DNA of 64,000 nt from Asterionella formosa. Lineage: Eukaryota. Positions 13,401-25,501 of the stretch are shown here, in pieces (the stretch's first letter is position 1; each line of letters opens with the position of its first letter). The stretch is from NCBI GenBank assembly GCA_002256025.1, contig NKIB01012688.1, positions 1-64,000 on the forward strand, read 5' to 3'. The position numbers and the translations under genes are program-made. A model generated the notes under the pieces. It was not told where the DNA came from, did not search any database, and saw only the letters and a list, made by a program, of their open reading frames with translations.

Positions 13401-13589
13401 TTCCAAAGGTGAAGGCGGAACCATGAAGTGATCGAAAACAACATTTAGAACCGAGCAAAACGGGATAATCCCACGGTGTTCTTGGGTGGTTTCGGTTGGA
13501 GGCATCTTTTCATCTTGCTGAGAAGGACTAAAATTTCTCTCCGAGCTCTGCTGCATCGAAACACCATTGCTGGCGTCCCAACACTTCAT
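7435..13589 (-). CDS. REV3: DNA polymerase zeta catalytic subunit (family B); 3 exons, introns 9956-10022 and 8619-8679
   Basis: N-terminal CLYIHNAFPY and YEAHIPFSMQF; RGSQYKVE, DFTALYPS, ARQLALKYVANVTYGYTSATFSGR; splicing restores YGDTDS and ASI-VGRIV; TKKKYCG, AKGIETIRKD; two C-terminal Cys clusters. Confidence 0.95.
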
Positions 13590-13989
13590 TTTATGTGAGC
13601 TGCTTGCTATCTTATCTGTTCATGATGCGATAACTTGAACTTGAAATAGAAAGGGAAAGTGACACGAAATTTGCTTCGTATATGTAATGAAATCTGCCAG
13701 CAAAGAATTGATTGGTGATACGAGTTTTGACTTAATGTGATAACGGATGTTGGGAGCTACAGAAAACAATCAGACATTTTGCTATCTTTCTTACCTATTT
13801 GATAGTACGTTAAAACTTTTCGGGACCTATCAAACTTATTTACCTACACCGTACCAGTAATAATTGTAGGCTCGTTACTATGATGATACAAGTCAAAAAT
13901 GTGTTTCCTCCACAATTGGGCGCGCCCTGATAATAAAAAAATATCATATAATGTGTATGATGAAATAAATTGTTGTACTCATAACCCCA

Positions 13990-14310
13990 AATTTTGTGTC
14001 TACCAACTGGATCCCACAAATGAGAATGTGTTGCTGCTGAACACAACGAAAAAATTTCCAGACAAGGATCAAACTGGAACTTCAATTTGGCGAAAATGTT
14101 CTCAACTCCACAAGGTCAAAAAACCAACAGGTGACGCAACTTATCCTGCTCCCGAGATCAGGTGTGCTAACACAAGACAAGTATTTCTTCGAAAAATAAG
14201 TAAGAGCAGATGCAAGTGGAGAGGTTGACTCGTCTGACCTTGATATGGATGTTGAGGATGACTTCATGGCATTTTCAGAGGACAATGAAGACAATGATGA
14301 TTAACCTCAG
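13990..14310 (+). pseudogene. Relic of a DUF6818-like (Myb/SANT-type) transposon accessory protein
   Basis: Across frameshifts reads LPTGSHK*ECVAAEHNEKFPDKDQTGTSIWRKCSQLHKVKKPTGD...; nucleotide match to the reverse complement of ~53720-53975. Confidence 0.6.
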
Positions 14311-15249
14311 GAAACTTCAACTAATAAGGCGGTGACTTCTGCAGAATCCAATGGAGCAATTTCAACTGCAGTGGCTGTGAGTTATGCTGTTTTCACTGGT
14401 ACAAGATTTCCTCGACCAATGGCATTCCCCCGGATTAGAGATAGACCTGTGAATCTGGAAAAAATATTGACTCAAGTAGTTTGCTTCGACACAGTTCCTC
14501 CAGAAGGCTGGAAAGAGTGATACTGAGGAGTGAGCTGATACAGAAACAGCATCAATATGATGTCATCATCATCATCATGAGATGAGAGGAAAGCCGACAT
14601 GGTCAGTGGCAAACGCTGGTGAAATTATTATGAAACTCATCTGTAATGAACAAGAGGAGGCATAGCTACAACACAAGAGAACGCATCGCTATGAAGATTT
14701 AAATGTTATAAATTAAAGTTAAAAATTAATTTAATGTTAAGTAAGTAATCTAAAATAATTCGACTATCAGATCGCAACGACAGCAGTATGAAATATCAAC
14801 TCATGAAAGAATATTGGTTGTTATTTAATAATTTTGGCACAAATTAACTTGGTATTTCGAAGCGCCCATTACTATCGCCACAGAAGAGGTCAACTTTATT
14901 CATCATTTCGCGACCAATTCATGATCAAGTTCAAAATACTTGATGCTGTAATTTCTGTGCAATGTTTCAAATGTCTTGTTATTGTTTAAATTATTATACC
15001 ATGATAAATACTTGAGCATGATTAATTCCTCTGAATCCAAGTTTCGGATTTTGGCAACTGACAACATTTGCACGGTATTTGGTAGAGGACATATCGATGT
15101 TACATCCTTTAAAAGAGCAGGGTCATGGAAGTCTATTAATGGGAGTGTTTCTAGAGAGGCAGGAGGCAGGAAGGTACCGCTTTCTGTATCTGTTGCAGAA
15201 GCATGAGATCCATAGCTATAATAAGTGATTTTCTTCAATTTGCGAGGGA

Positions 15250-16191
15250 ATGTCATTTCTATTCTTATCTTCAATTGTGAAAGAAGGAAGTTACATGCTG
15301 CATCCTGCGTTGGATCATCACGTTGTGAACCGACAAAGGGAACGAGCATTAAATCAGAAAAAGTATATACTGCATTGCCCACCAGATAAAACTCTGGTGG
15401 CAATGCTGCAACTTGATCGAAAATGGAAGTTCGTTCAAAAGCTACTTGGTCACTGCATCTTCCCGGCGCAATCACACCAAAATAGATAAATCGTGAGTCA
15501 GCATCACAAACAGCCTGCACATTGATTCCATGTGATCGTCTGAAAAAAGCACCGGGATTGTTGCCACTTTCAAATTAAGTTGTGTTGTTGATTGTGGCTA
15601 GGAAGCCGTCAATAGCACCAGCATATCCTCCTATTAACCTTTCCAAGATTTTTACTGAAATTCATATGCCAATCTAATAAAGTCTTCTCTTTACTCTAGC
15701 TGGAGAAATAATCTTTAACCCTTCACAATTGAGTACAGCATCGATAAATTGAAGCAATGCTACAAATGTAGCTAAGTATGTCAAATGTCAAGGTAGTATC
15801 TGCCACCAGCTAACCATCGCAAACCAATGGCTACTACAATACTGCAATTATGGTCTCAGAGGTGCCACACTTGGAATAATTACCTTTAATCTGAATTTTC
15901 AGCATGGAGGTCAGCTTTTTAAATGTTCTGTGTGAAATGTGGTTGCCAGGAGATTCTTTCATGGTCCCATTTGCGCCTTCATCTTTTTCTTTCGGATGAG
16001 TGATTTTCATGGGGCCATTTGCACCTTTGTCTTCGTCTTTTGGATGAGTCCTCTTGTTCAGATCCGTCAGCTCCTTCAGCTAGATGACAGAGGAAGAGGA
16101 ATTCCAGAACGCTGCTGTCATCAGCACCTGTTCCAACATCAAAATCATCACTGTCCTCAAGCAAATCAAGTAACTCTAGAGGCGACAACAT
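15250..16191 (-). pseudogene. PIF/Harbinger transposase (DDE_Tnp_4) relic, frameshifted and 3'-truncated
   Basis: AIGLRWLAGG, GAIDG, NVQAVCDADSRFIY, PGRCSD, LVGNAVY (GDxxY degenerate), NFLLSQLKIRIEMTF; homology stops after IEMTF. Confidence 0.85.
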
Positions 16192-16656
16192 GATTGATGC
16201 TACGATTTGTGATGAATTTTTAATTATAATATTATATATTAATAATAAACTGCTGTTGACCATAAATATTGTCTGGAGGGATATCCACATGATCATTGCT
16301 GACCTGTCACCATTGAAAATCTGTGTTAAATAAAAATTAGTGATGTAATTTTTATGTGGAGAATGGAGGAAATTCAGTTCAAATTGAATTACCATTGCTG
16401 ATACATTTTCAAATGAAGTGATACCAATGAAAAATGATAAGAAGGACCCTTTATCTATGTACTCACGCCTTGACCCAGATCCTTGAAAACATACTATTTT
16501 TTATTGATCATATGATTTATGCCAGCAGTATGCGATGCCTATGTGTTGAGAAAGATCTCAATTTGTACAAATGCATGGTGGATGAATGCAGTTGGAGTCA
16601 AGCATGAGACTCAAAGGAAACAAGTTTGTACATAAATTAATGTATGTCTATGTTAA

Positions 16657-16838
16657 GGTTGCGGCCCTGCAGTTACACATTGCGAGGTCCATTTTTTCCC
16701 AAAATAATTTTATAGGGTACACGGCTATCTATTTTAATCGTCATTGAACCCCGTAGATGTAATATAGAGCAATCCTCTTCCAAAAAGTCGACCCGATCGG
16801 TTTTTTCAACTGTCGCCAAAATATTGGAATCGGAATTA
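16657..16838. mobile_element. Terminal fragment of the TTAA-type element family
   Basis: TTAA-GGTTGCGGCCCTGCAGTTACACATTGCGAGGTCC...; reverse complement of 6945-6997 joined to 5403-5525. Confidence 0.75.
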
Positions 16839-16839
16839 G

Positions 16840-17253
16840 TAGTGATTATACGTATCGAATCTCTTGACAAGGAGCATACATACCGGAACGCACCAGCACA
16901 TATGTTCGCTATTGTTCTCTCTTGCTGTCCTGTTCTGTACCTGCTACCTGGTACTATAGGTATGATTTGAGGACGAATATGAAGGTATTCATTTATAAAA
17001 ATTGTATACATTTTAAATGTACTGTTTTATTATCTTCAAATATTTGATCCGCTGAGAAGAATTCTGGACTTACCAGCACAATGTAGAATCTACGAAATGT
17101 CAGACTCAGACTACCGGTAAACGAGCTACCGTACCGGTACCAGGTACCGGTATAGTGATTACCGTATCCGTATCGAATCTCTTCACGAGGAGCATACCGG
17201 AACGCACCAGCACATATGTTCGCTGTTGTTCTCTGTTGCTGTCCTGCTGTGTA
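16840..17253. repeat. ~100-bp direct repeat (16840-16940 and 17153-17253)
   Basis: TAGTGATTA...CGTATCGAATCTCTT...ATACCGGAACGCACCAGCACATATGTTCGCT.TTGTTCTCT present twice. Confidence 0.85.
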
Positions 17254-17426
17254 GAACGTTATGCATTATATATACCGGAACTTTCTCCTATTATGGAGTG
17301 TTCACAATAATGTTGTTTTCAAGACCAATTTTGAAGAAGCCACAACCTAGCGGACTTACAATCGATAGGCTTTCCCCTCGCGCCGCAAATTTCAACCACA
17401 GAAATAGTGAACAAACAAGATCAATA

Positions 17427-18095
17427 ATGGGAATGGTATTTGGAAAGATCGGCGTTGACGAGCCTCATTTCGATGTGCTCTTGTCGCGAACTCACCCTTC
17501 CGCCACCGTTGCGTATGAAATTCGAAAGTACGGAGAAAGATTCGCTGCCGAAGCCAGTTATCCTCCAGGATCAGCGGAAAATGGAACTCCCTTTACTGTG
17601 CTGGGCAAGTATATTGGAGTGTTTGGGACTCCCGAGAATGAGGGATCAGAAAAGATTAGCATGACGGCTCCAGTGGTCATTGGCGGAGGAGGCACCGAGA
17701 TTGCCATGACTGCACCTGTTGTTCTAACAGAGGGAAATGATGGTACCAAAACAATGCAATTCATGTTGCCAGCTAGTTACGATCAACTATCGAAAATCCC
17801 CAAACCGACGAATCCAGCTGTTCATATTTTAGAAATTCCTCCCGCAGTTGGAGCAGTCTATCGCTTCAATGGAAGCTTCGCACAAGATCGTGCTAAACTC
17901 ATGGCTGTCGGGCTGGGAAAACAACTGGAGAAGGACGGAATCAACATGCCTGATGCATTGGAAAAATTCCAGTTTTGGGGGTACAATCCACCGTTTACGA
18001 TTCCCTACTTTCGTCGCAACGAAATTTGGATTCCCTTGACACAAGAGCAAGCGGATTACTTGGTCAATACCTTTGACCCCGTCACCACTAATTAA
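17427..18095 (+). CDS. SOUL heme-binding protein
   Basis: MGMVFGKIGVDEP start; YEIRKY, FTVLGKYIGVFG, KISMTAPV and IAMTAPV, MQFMLP, GYNPPFTIPYFRRNEIWI. Confidence 0.93.
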   Translation: MGMVFGKIGVDEPHFDVLLSRTHPSATVAYEIRKYGERFAAEASYPPGSAENGTPFTVLGKYIGVFGTPENEGSEKISMTAPVVIGGGGTEIAMTAPVVLTEGNDGTKTMQFMLPASYDQLSKIPKPTNPAVHILEIPPAVGAVYRFNGSFAQDRAKLMAVGLGKQLEKDGINMPDALEKFQFWGYNPPFTIPYFRRNEIWIPLTQEQADYLVNTFDPVTTN

Positions 18096-18838
18096 GTGTG
18101 TTGCGTTTTGTGTTAGATGATCACATGAGCATACTTACGCCGGCATACAATTCAGAATATGCGCTCAAGAATATACAATACAATTAATATGCCCTATAAT
18201 CCTTTTTCTCTTCAAGTTTTCATCACAATATTGAACCAAATTAACGTTACATTCTTGCTTGGTAATAGTTTAATAACAGCTCAATCTTCATAATTGTCAA
18301 TCCATTGTTTCAAGCCTCCATCAGCAAAGCATTCGTCTCCTTCAACCAAATTCCTCTGAAGGACTGTCGAAATGCCCATACCGAAGACTCCCAATAATAT
18401 GTCTCTTAATTACAAAGTAGGAAATGCTCAAGACCTGTATCGTGGGTCCTCCGATGCTGTACAATTCATCCCCTTCACTCATACGGTCAACCTACTCATG
18501 CCATCCAGCCTCGCACATATGTATAATCGCCGTCATGGGATCACCTCGGGTTTGTATTGCCTTCAGCATTCCATGCTCTTGTTTGCATATTGCTGACTGT
18601 CACCAATGACTGTAACTGATGTAAGATTAAAACGGGTTATAAAAATGAGGAAAACAAAGTGACTGTGTGTGTTTCGCCAAAACTGGAGTCAGGGATCCTA
18701 TAGGCGATTCATTTCTAAACTGTTTTATTATTTATGTTCGGTCCAAGTACTCTCAACAACTGCACACGAACTAGTCCGTTTCTCCTCAAACCCCTCCGAG
18801 TTAAAGATCGAGTTCATCAAATTGGTCGTGAACTCAGC

Positions 18839-20938
18839 TCAGCTCAGCTCATCAAATCGTTCTTGCGCCAGCGAAAAAGCCTCACGCTTCAACGCTTTGA
18901 CCGAAAGTCGTTCGGCTTCGCATCGTGCACTCTCGTTTACTCGTTCCATGGCCATACGAGTCCAATATTCTGCGTTTCGGGAGTAAAAGTCAGCCATCGC
19001 CTCGCCCTTCTTTGGGGTTGGATTCTCATTGTATTTCTCGAAATCAGTACTTTCACGGCGAAGAACTGATTTCATGCCATTTTCGAACTCGTTCTTGGTA
19101 GCATTCGATGTCGCAAGATGGCCACCGTGGACATCTTGATCACTCTCGTCAGAGTCATCATTCTCATCATCTGCACCAGTACTCACATATGAATCGTCAT
19201 CGTCATGGATGGCACCTCGCCAAACTTGTCGGTGCATGGTTCCTTCCCATAGACACTCCCACTTGTCGTGCTTTCTTAAATCAAATGACCAGCAATCATC
19301 CAGAGTAACCTCGCGATCTCCAACTTCTAACAAACCACCGTAGATGAACAAAATATTGCTTCTGACGACGGTGGCGGCGTTGATTCGCGGCAGGGGTTCG
19401 GCTCGAACGACAGCTTCAGGAATTCCTGTGTTTTCATTAACAACCATTACATCAGATGACGCTAGAGTATTGGACAGGCTTGGGTGGGGTTGGTGAGGAG
19501 AAGGATCGAACTCAATTTTGGTTTCTTCTTTGAATTCTTCTTTCATCTCTTCCTTTTCTTCTTCGTAGTCGTCTCCTTCCCTAATTTCTTCTCCATTCTT
19601 CTGGAAAATAACTCCTTCTTCGACCTTTTCATAGACAACATTGCCGTCTCCGTCAATAAATGCGAACATTTTTGATCGAAGAGTGTCAAGATTCCATCCA
19701 TTATTTGCTGTTTCCCTTTCATCACCTTCTTCCAAATCATCGAGATCCTCTTCATCGACAACATCAATCTCACTCCTCACAATTTCGATCTCTTCCTCGT
19801 TCCCATCGATCACCTTTCGTCTCCTCCGAATTTTTTCTTCTTTAGCTTTTGCTCGAACAGGAAACCACTTCCGTCGCTCAAAGTCAAGTGCAAAGAGGTC
19901 ATTAAAAAACACAGACTCGACTTTGTGGTTTAGCTGTTCGTCATCAACTACACCACCAAATACCAGCATGAGATTCTTGTGTGTTACAGATGCAGTTCCT
20001 GATCGATTCATGGGCGATGCCGCTGACTTGTTCTTTATCGAAAGGCGTTCCCATGTGGGCGGCTTGTTTTGTAGAATGGGTTTCAGATGCAGCATCCATG
20101 CATCTGTGTGTACTTTGGCTTCAGATTTAGTGGTCGGGTTCTTGAGCTTTGAGTATCCACCCTGAATGATAGCAGTATCTCCAAATATACCAATGTTACA
20201 AGCACTTCTTGCTTCTGGTCTCGAAGCTAACTTGGAATGAGGAATGTCCATCCACAGGTGTGTTTGTAAGTCCAGCACACAAATGTCATTGAACCATCGA
20301 GTGTCTCGGAGGGCTTCATAGAACCCCCCAAAGACTACCATATAATGTTTCCATACAAATGCGGCATGCCCACTTCGGGCTGTCGGTATTGTTCCTGTGT
20401 TGCGAACGACAATCTCTTGCCACTTATTCTCCACAACGTCAAACTTCCACAAGTCCTTGTAGTGATGATACTGGTCGGCTGTTGCTAGTTCCCCACCTAG
20501 AACGTAGAGAGAATTCTTGTAAAAGACACATGAGTGTGCACACCGCGGAGATGGCCTAGGAGACGGAGTTAATATGCGTTTCCATTCCATCTTTTGAATA
20601 TCCCACCGCAGCAACTCGTCGAGCACCACGTTCTGAACCCCATCAAAGTACTCTCCTCCAAACAAATACAGGTGAGCATGCTTGTCTTCACTGACGGTAA
20701 GAGTCGCATTCGCTCGAGGAGCTGGAAAGCCTTCGATCGTCTCCAACACGGTTGTGTTCACTTCGACGTCACTTTTCTTGTACATGTCCAGTAAATTGTC
20801 GAAAATTTCCCGTGTCTCGTTCCCATCGATATTGTCAGAATCTTGCTTTGACATTCGCTTCTTTGCTGCCTTGCCCGCTTTGGCGTCCTTTCGGGCTTGC
20901 AAGGCAGCCTTCTTGAGATCATCCTTCTTCTTAGCCAT
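18839..20938 (-). CDS. KLHDC4: Kelch-repeat protein, KLHDC4/Kel3-like, with DUF4110-like C-terminus
   Basis: Basic N-terminus MAKKKDD; Kelch motifs LYLFGGEYFDG, PSPRCAH, ARSGH, VVFGGFYE, IYGGLLEVGDREVTLDD; C-terminal PKKGEAMADFYSRNAEYW...EAFSLAQERF. Confidence 0.88.
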   Translation of the reverse strand: MAKKKDDLKKAALQARKDAKAGKAAKKRMSKQDSDNIDGNETREIFDNLLDMYKKSDVEVNTTVLETIEGFPAPRANATLTVSEDKHAHLYLFGGEYFDGVQNVVLDELLRWDIQKMEWKRILTPSPRPSPRCAHSCVFYKNSLYVLGGELATADQYHHYKDLWKFDVVENKWQEIVVRNTGTIPTARSGHAAFVWKHYMVVFGGFYEALRDTRWFNDICVLDLQTHLWMDIPHSKLASRPEARSACNIGIFGDTAIIQGGYSKLKNPTTKSEAKVHTDAWMLHLKPILQNKPPTWERLSIKNKSAASPMNRSGTASVTHKNLMLVFGGVVDDEQLNHKVESVFFNDLFALDFERRKWFPVRAKAKEEKIRRRRKVIDGNEEEIEIVRSEIDVVDEEDLDDLEEGDERETANNGWNLDTLRSKMFAFIDGDGNVVYEKVEEGVIFQKNGEEIREGDDYEEEKEEMKEEFKEETKIEFDPSPHQPHPSLSNTLASSDVMVVNENTGIPEAVVRAEPLPRINAATVVRSNILFIYGGLLEVGDREVTLDDCWSFDLRKHDKWECLWEGTMHRQVWRGAIHDDDDSYVSTGADDENDDSDESDQDVHGGHLATSNATKNEFENGMKSVLRRESTDFEKYNENPTPKKGEAMADFYSRNAEYWTRMAMERVNESARCEAERLSVKALKREAFSLAQERFDELS

Positions 20939-21665
20939 GGAGACGATTGATAGGAGGCGGAGTGAGTGTGCCAGCAGGACTTGCACGGCTCATGGCAAGA
21001 ACCGAGTATATATATTTTTTAAAGTCTACCAGCATTGCTGGCATATGGTAACAGTACAGATATTATATAATACAATATAACATCTTTCTATTTTATAAAA
21101 TATAAAATTAGTTATACTTACCATACTATGCCATTATTTATTTATGCACAATGTACTGTACAACTACGGTAGAAGACTATTATACCGGGTACCGAGCACT
21201 ATGTGGACACTCAAAAATTCATGATTGTCCTGATTCAACTGATGACATGTATGTTGCCCTTGAAAAACAATTCAAGATCATTTCCCAAGGTGGCTGCTGA
21301 TCTGGACCATTTTGACTGTGGTGAAGACAATTATTCACTTGAGGACAAAGTAGAAGATAAACAGATGCCTTCAGATTTCCTCAAACTTGTCCAGTGTTCA
21401 TGTGCATGATGTTGCACTTGTAGATGGATTTGTTGATATCATGGCCACAATGCCCCAGCACCTGAAAATGTTTTGCATCCCAATAAGTCATACTTTTTTG
21501 ATAATGAGTGGGGGCATTCAGGAATTTGCTACATGGAACAGCTGAATGCATCTGAAGAACCGAATATGTAAATGTACCTGCAATGTTGATGATGAATTGC
21601 TTTCCAATTACCAACTCTAGTTTAAAGAATAGCAATTCTTGATTGGCTATCTAAATCCTGCCGAT

Positions 21666-23648
21666 TTAGTCTCTAGCCTTTTCACTCAGCATCTTTGATC
21701 TGCCCTTGAGTTCATAGGTTCCATACTTCTTCCATCGTTCTTGCTTGATTACCTTCGCTTGTGGCTCTGGTACTTTGTGACAAATGTTGAAGTTTGGAAC
21801 CTCCACAGGCTTCCCACGATCCGTTTCGACCAATTCGCCTTCTTGCTGACCATCGGCTTTTCCATCAATACCAACTCCACCACATTGATGAATTGTTCCA
21901 TTCAAGGCCACAATGATTGAATGTACATATCCACAATCAACATCAATTGCCTTCAGCTTTTCACCAGTAGAATCTGACAGAATGACATGTCGAGGAGTCT
22001 GGATAATGCCACTAACACGATGTCCCAGTCTCCCTGAGTCCGCCTTACCCCAGGAGTAAACATCACCAGTGGTAGTCACTACCATTGACATGTCAACTCC
22101 AGCACTCATTTGCATAATTTTGATATTATTGTTCACAAATTCCATAACTTTCATTGGGTACATGTGAGTCTGACCATCGCCATGACCAAGCGCGCCGAAG
22201 GCAGCAGACCCACATGAGTACAGATCACCATGTTGATCCAAAAACAATGAGTGACGATGCCCAGCACTCACACCCACAATGGGAATCCCATGGAGGGAGT
22301 CGACTTGTGTAGCAATGCATTGATCTGACGAGTCATCCAAGGTAATACTGTTGATCAAATCGAGCTGAGCCTGCATATTGAATTCTGGACGCTCTACAGG
22401 TGCTGGCCCAGCCACTGCTCCCGCAACACCTCCTTCATCCAACATTTCAATCACTGTATCGGCGTCGTACTCAAAGGGCGTAAAAGCGCGTCCCAATACA
22501 CCAAAGTGCCCTAGCCCAAAGGAAAATACCTGCCCATCCTCGGTGACGCAGAGAGAATGTCGGTTACCACATGCCACCATGGCAACGCATTCCGAGTCTA
22601 ACCCTCCCGTTTCAACCTGTTTTGGTTTCAACTGCGGTCGCTTATTACCGTGTCCTAACTGTCCACAAAATCCATCTCCCCAAGTATATAAGTCTCCATC
22701 TGCAGTAACGGCAGCCGAATGTAACTCTCCGGCACTGACACAAACGCATCTGACATTTGCCAGGGCGTCAATATACTTTGGTCGCAAATAGTCCGGCAGT
22801 TGCTTCCCATCGGCATACCCATGTCCAAGTTGCCCGTACTGGCCAGTCCCGAAGGACAAGACTCGTCCAGTGCTTGTCAAAAGTAATGAATGTGCAACGC
22901 GCACCAGTCCTCCACCTGCCGAAACCTGAACAATTCTAACGGAACGATAGCCAATGCCTCCTAATAGAAATTTTGGGTGCGGTTCGTCGTCGCGTGTTCC
23001 GTGTCCCAACTGACCCCGCTTGCCCACTCCCCAACTGGCAACGGCAGAACCACCCGGTCCGCAATTGTCGCCACCACCAGCACGACAGAGAGAATGCTCG
23101 GGTGATGCCGACGCAAACCGACCATGGAGGAACGGGGCACAACGATCAGTTCCCTTCAACGCTGAATATCCACATACTTGTTCTTCCAACATGCGCACGT
23201 AGGCTAGAAACGATTCCGTTTTAGGTGGTAGTAACAGAGTTGCATCATCACGCGTGTGAATCAAATCGGTGTATCCAACCATCCCCTGTCGCGTCAATGT
23301 TGGTGTGTGGAGTCGACTCATCAAATACACGATGCGACATTCGACTTTCTTCATGCGTCGACAGGTCATGTAGATACAGCCTAAATCACGGGCTGAGAGA
23401 CAGCAGAAAATCTCCTGCAAGGCATCTTCAGGTATCTGCAGAAGTGGCGATACATGAACGACACTCGCTTGATCTGATTGTGGGGTCACGGATTTTCGCT
23501 GCGTGGTGGCGGCACTTGAATCGACAGTTGCCGCAACAGTGCTCTCCTTGATTTTTTCCTTGGCAGCTTTCTTTGCTTCCCTTTCTTCTTTCTTGCGAGC
23601 AAGTTCGAGCTTACGTTCAGCCTTTTCGGCGGCAGTCTTGGGTGCCAT
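21666..23648 (-). CDS. RCC1-repeat protein with N-terminal F-box-like motif
   Basis: Repeated [62 protein letters not shown] resembles the F-box consensus. Confidence 0.88.
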   Translation of the reverse strand: MAPKTAAEKAERKLELARKKEEREAKKAAKEKIKESTVAATVDSSAATTQRKSVTPQSDQASVVHVSPLLQIPEDALQEIFCCLSARDLGCIYMTCRRMKKVECRIVYLMSRLHTPTLTRQGMVGYTDLIHTRDDATLLLPPKTESFLAYVRMLEEQVCGYSALKGTDRCAPFLHGRFASASPEHSLCRAGGGDNCGPGGSAVASWGVGKRGQLGHGTRDDEPHPKFLLGGIGYRSVRIVQVSAGGGLVRVAHSLLLTSTGRVLSFGTGQYGQLGHGYADGKQLPDYLRPKYIDALANVRCVCVSAGELHSAAVTADGDLYTWGDGFCGQLGHGNKRPQLKPKQVETGGLDSECVAMVACGNRHSLCVTEDGQVFSFGLGHFGVLGRAFTPFEYDADTVIEMLDEGGVAGAVAGPAPVERPEFNMQAQLDLINSITLDDSSDQCIATQVDSLHGIPIVGVSAGHRHSLFLDQHGDLYSCGSAAFGALGHGDGQTHMYPMKVMEFVNNNIKIMQMSAGVDMSMVVTTTGDVYSWGKADSGRLGHRVSGIIQTPRHVILSDSTGEKLKAIDVDCGYVHSIIVALNGTIHQCGGVGIDGKADGQQEGELVETDRGKPVEVPNFNICHKVPEPQAKVIKQERWKKYGTYELKGRSKMLSEKARD

Positions 23649-25501
23649 GCCAGTGGAGAGAAGATGCTTGGGGTATAGAATTGTATTTGTTTTTGATTCG
23701 GCTCAGATACCGAAACACAACAAAACCCTGCCATGTATGATTGTACCAGGTACTCCGTGTAAGCAAGGTTTACGAGATAATTATCATAGGCATTTGGGTA
23801 CTCCTATACATGTACATACCGGCATGATACTTGGTTCCATTTGATCTTTCCCTGTTTAATTTCTCAATGTTTCTTCTTATCAACTGCCTTCACTTTCGAT
23901 TACTCTTTGGCTCCAACAGTCAATATAATACAGACTAAACTACTAACTCACACAATTTAGAACTTATATTTTTCCAAGTACCAGTGTATTAGCTGCCTAG
24001 CATTCATTTGTTCATCTCAACACCCCAGTACCGGTACCATGGTGCATTACCAATCTCTATCATTACCTCTTCTCCTCCGCCTACACTGCAATGGTTGTTA
24101 CCAGCATTCCCCTGGAGGTCAGCTTTTCGATTTTTCCCTGTGGCATGGTTCTTCACTTCGATTCCACCCCTTGCACCAGCCACCTATCCTACTTACTTTT
24201 GTTTCAGTTGTGGCTAGCCATTGGCTGTGATGATCCAGATTAGCTTCTCTACACTGTTTGTTGCAATGATGATGCTCCTTTCTCACTCGCTTACTACTTC
24301 TCTGGTTTTTCTCCTAACGTGAAGCAGTTCCTTCTGTTCATTGATTGTCTTTCTCTTGGGGATTACCACATTCCTAGTACTGGCACTTGCCCTGTTGCCA
24401 CTTCTCTTTTTACGGCACTCCTTCATCTAGCTTAAGTGGATAACCTTCAATGTCAACTTGTCAAATTCATGACCATTGAACATTTTCATCATATGGGTTT
24501 CCTTTCTATTCACAATTTCCATGGTGTGCCTTGTGATATTTTGTGTGATTCCAACTCCCTTGCTTGTACTAGGTGATTTTGAGCTTGCCAAGGCCTGCCA
24601 GCCACCTCGCAGATACTTCACCCTCTGGTTTTTGCTCTTGCTTGCTAAACTCACTACTTTTCTCTTTCTTAATCTACAAATTATGCGCACCTACTTTTTG
24701 GCAGCGAACCTTTGCTCATGCAAGCCAAACGCAAACAGGTTCTTGATGGTGGTGCTCCCACTCAGTTGGATGGTCTCTTTGCCGCCTATCAAGCTGCCTG
24801 AGATATTGATGCTCTCTGATTCTGTGATGTGCCCACACATGTCTTCATTCCATTTTTTATGATGGGTAGCTATGTTTTGTATTTTTCTACTTAATTTGTT
24901 TACTTCCTGAATTTTATTAATTTACTGTCTTACGCCTGCAGACCTTCCCTTTTATCGTGTCTCTTTTCTTCCTCCTAATACCCAGCCAATCATGGTCTTT
25001 CTTGCTCTTTCCTTTATGTTGCCATAATGTCCTTTTGCTATGTCACTGCACGACATTTTTGCTCCACATATTTTACGTAGTACTGTACGGGTCTTATTCG
25101 TTTAATTGGCGCGTGGCTTCCTATCTTCTTTCGTCACCAGGCATTTCATTTTATGCTTCACCTTGTAGTACATACCTGGTACCTGGTACCAGGTACCTGC
25201 TCCTGCTACCTGTAGTCAAGGTCATCGTCATCCTAATTTACCTGGTAGCTGGCAGATTCTGGTCGATGATTCGATTACACTCGCACCGCACCGCACCGCA
25301 CACCAACCACGATCGAAACGATGAGAACAAGGAGAAAAAAGGTCGTGCTTTGGAACATGCAATAGGTACGTAGAGTCCAATATAGGATGTTCAATCCATC
25401 ATCAAGAATCCAGACATCATTCTCACAAGCAACAATTCCTACCATCGTCAACAGCATCCAAACAAAACACAAAAGGTTATTAACTCCCTACATTATATAA
25501 C

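Noticed and set aside
14903..15520. 205-aa ORF as an intact transposase
   Set aside because: Only the first ~90 aa are transposase-like, the start is not ATG and upstream frames are broken
21203..21430. FLKLVQCSC Cys-rich TE fragment
   Set aside because: Too short and degenerate to assign
21666..23648. UVR8 photoreceptor
   Set aside because: Lacks the GWRHT tryptophan motifs
24000..24900. Lys/Arg-rich broken frames between RCC1 and GST
   Set aside because: Many stops and no recognisable family
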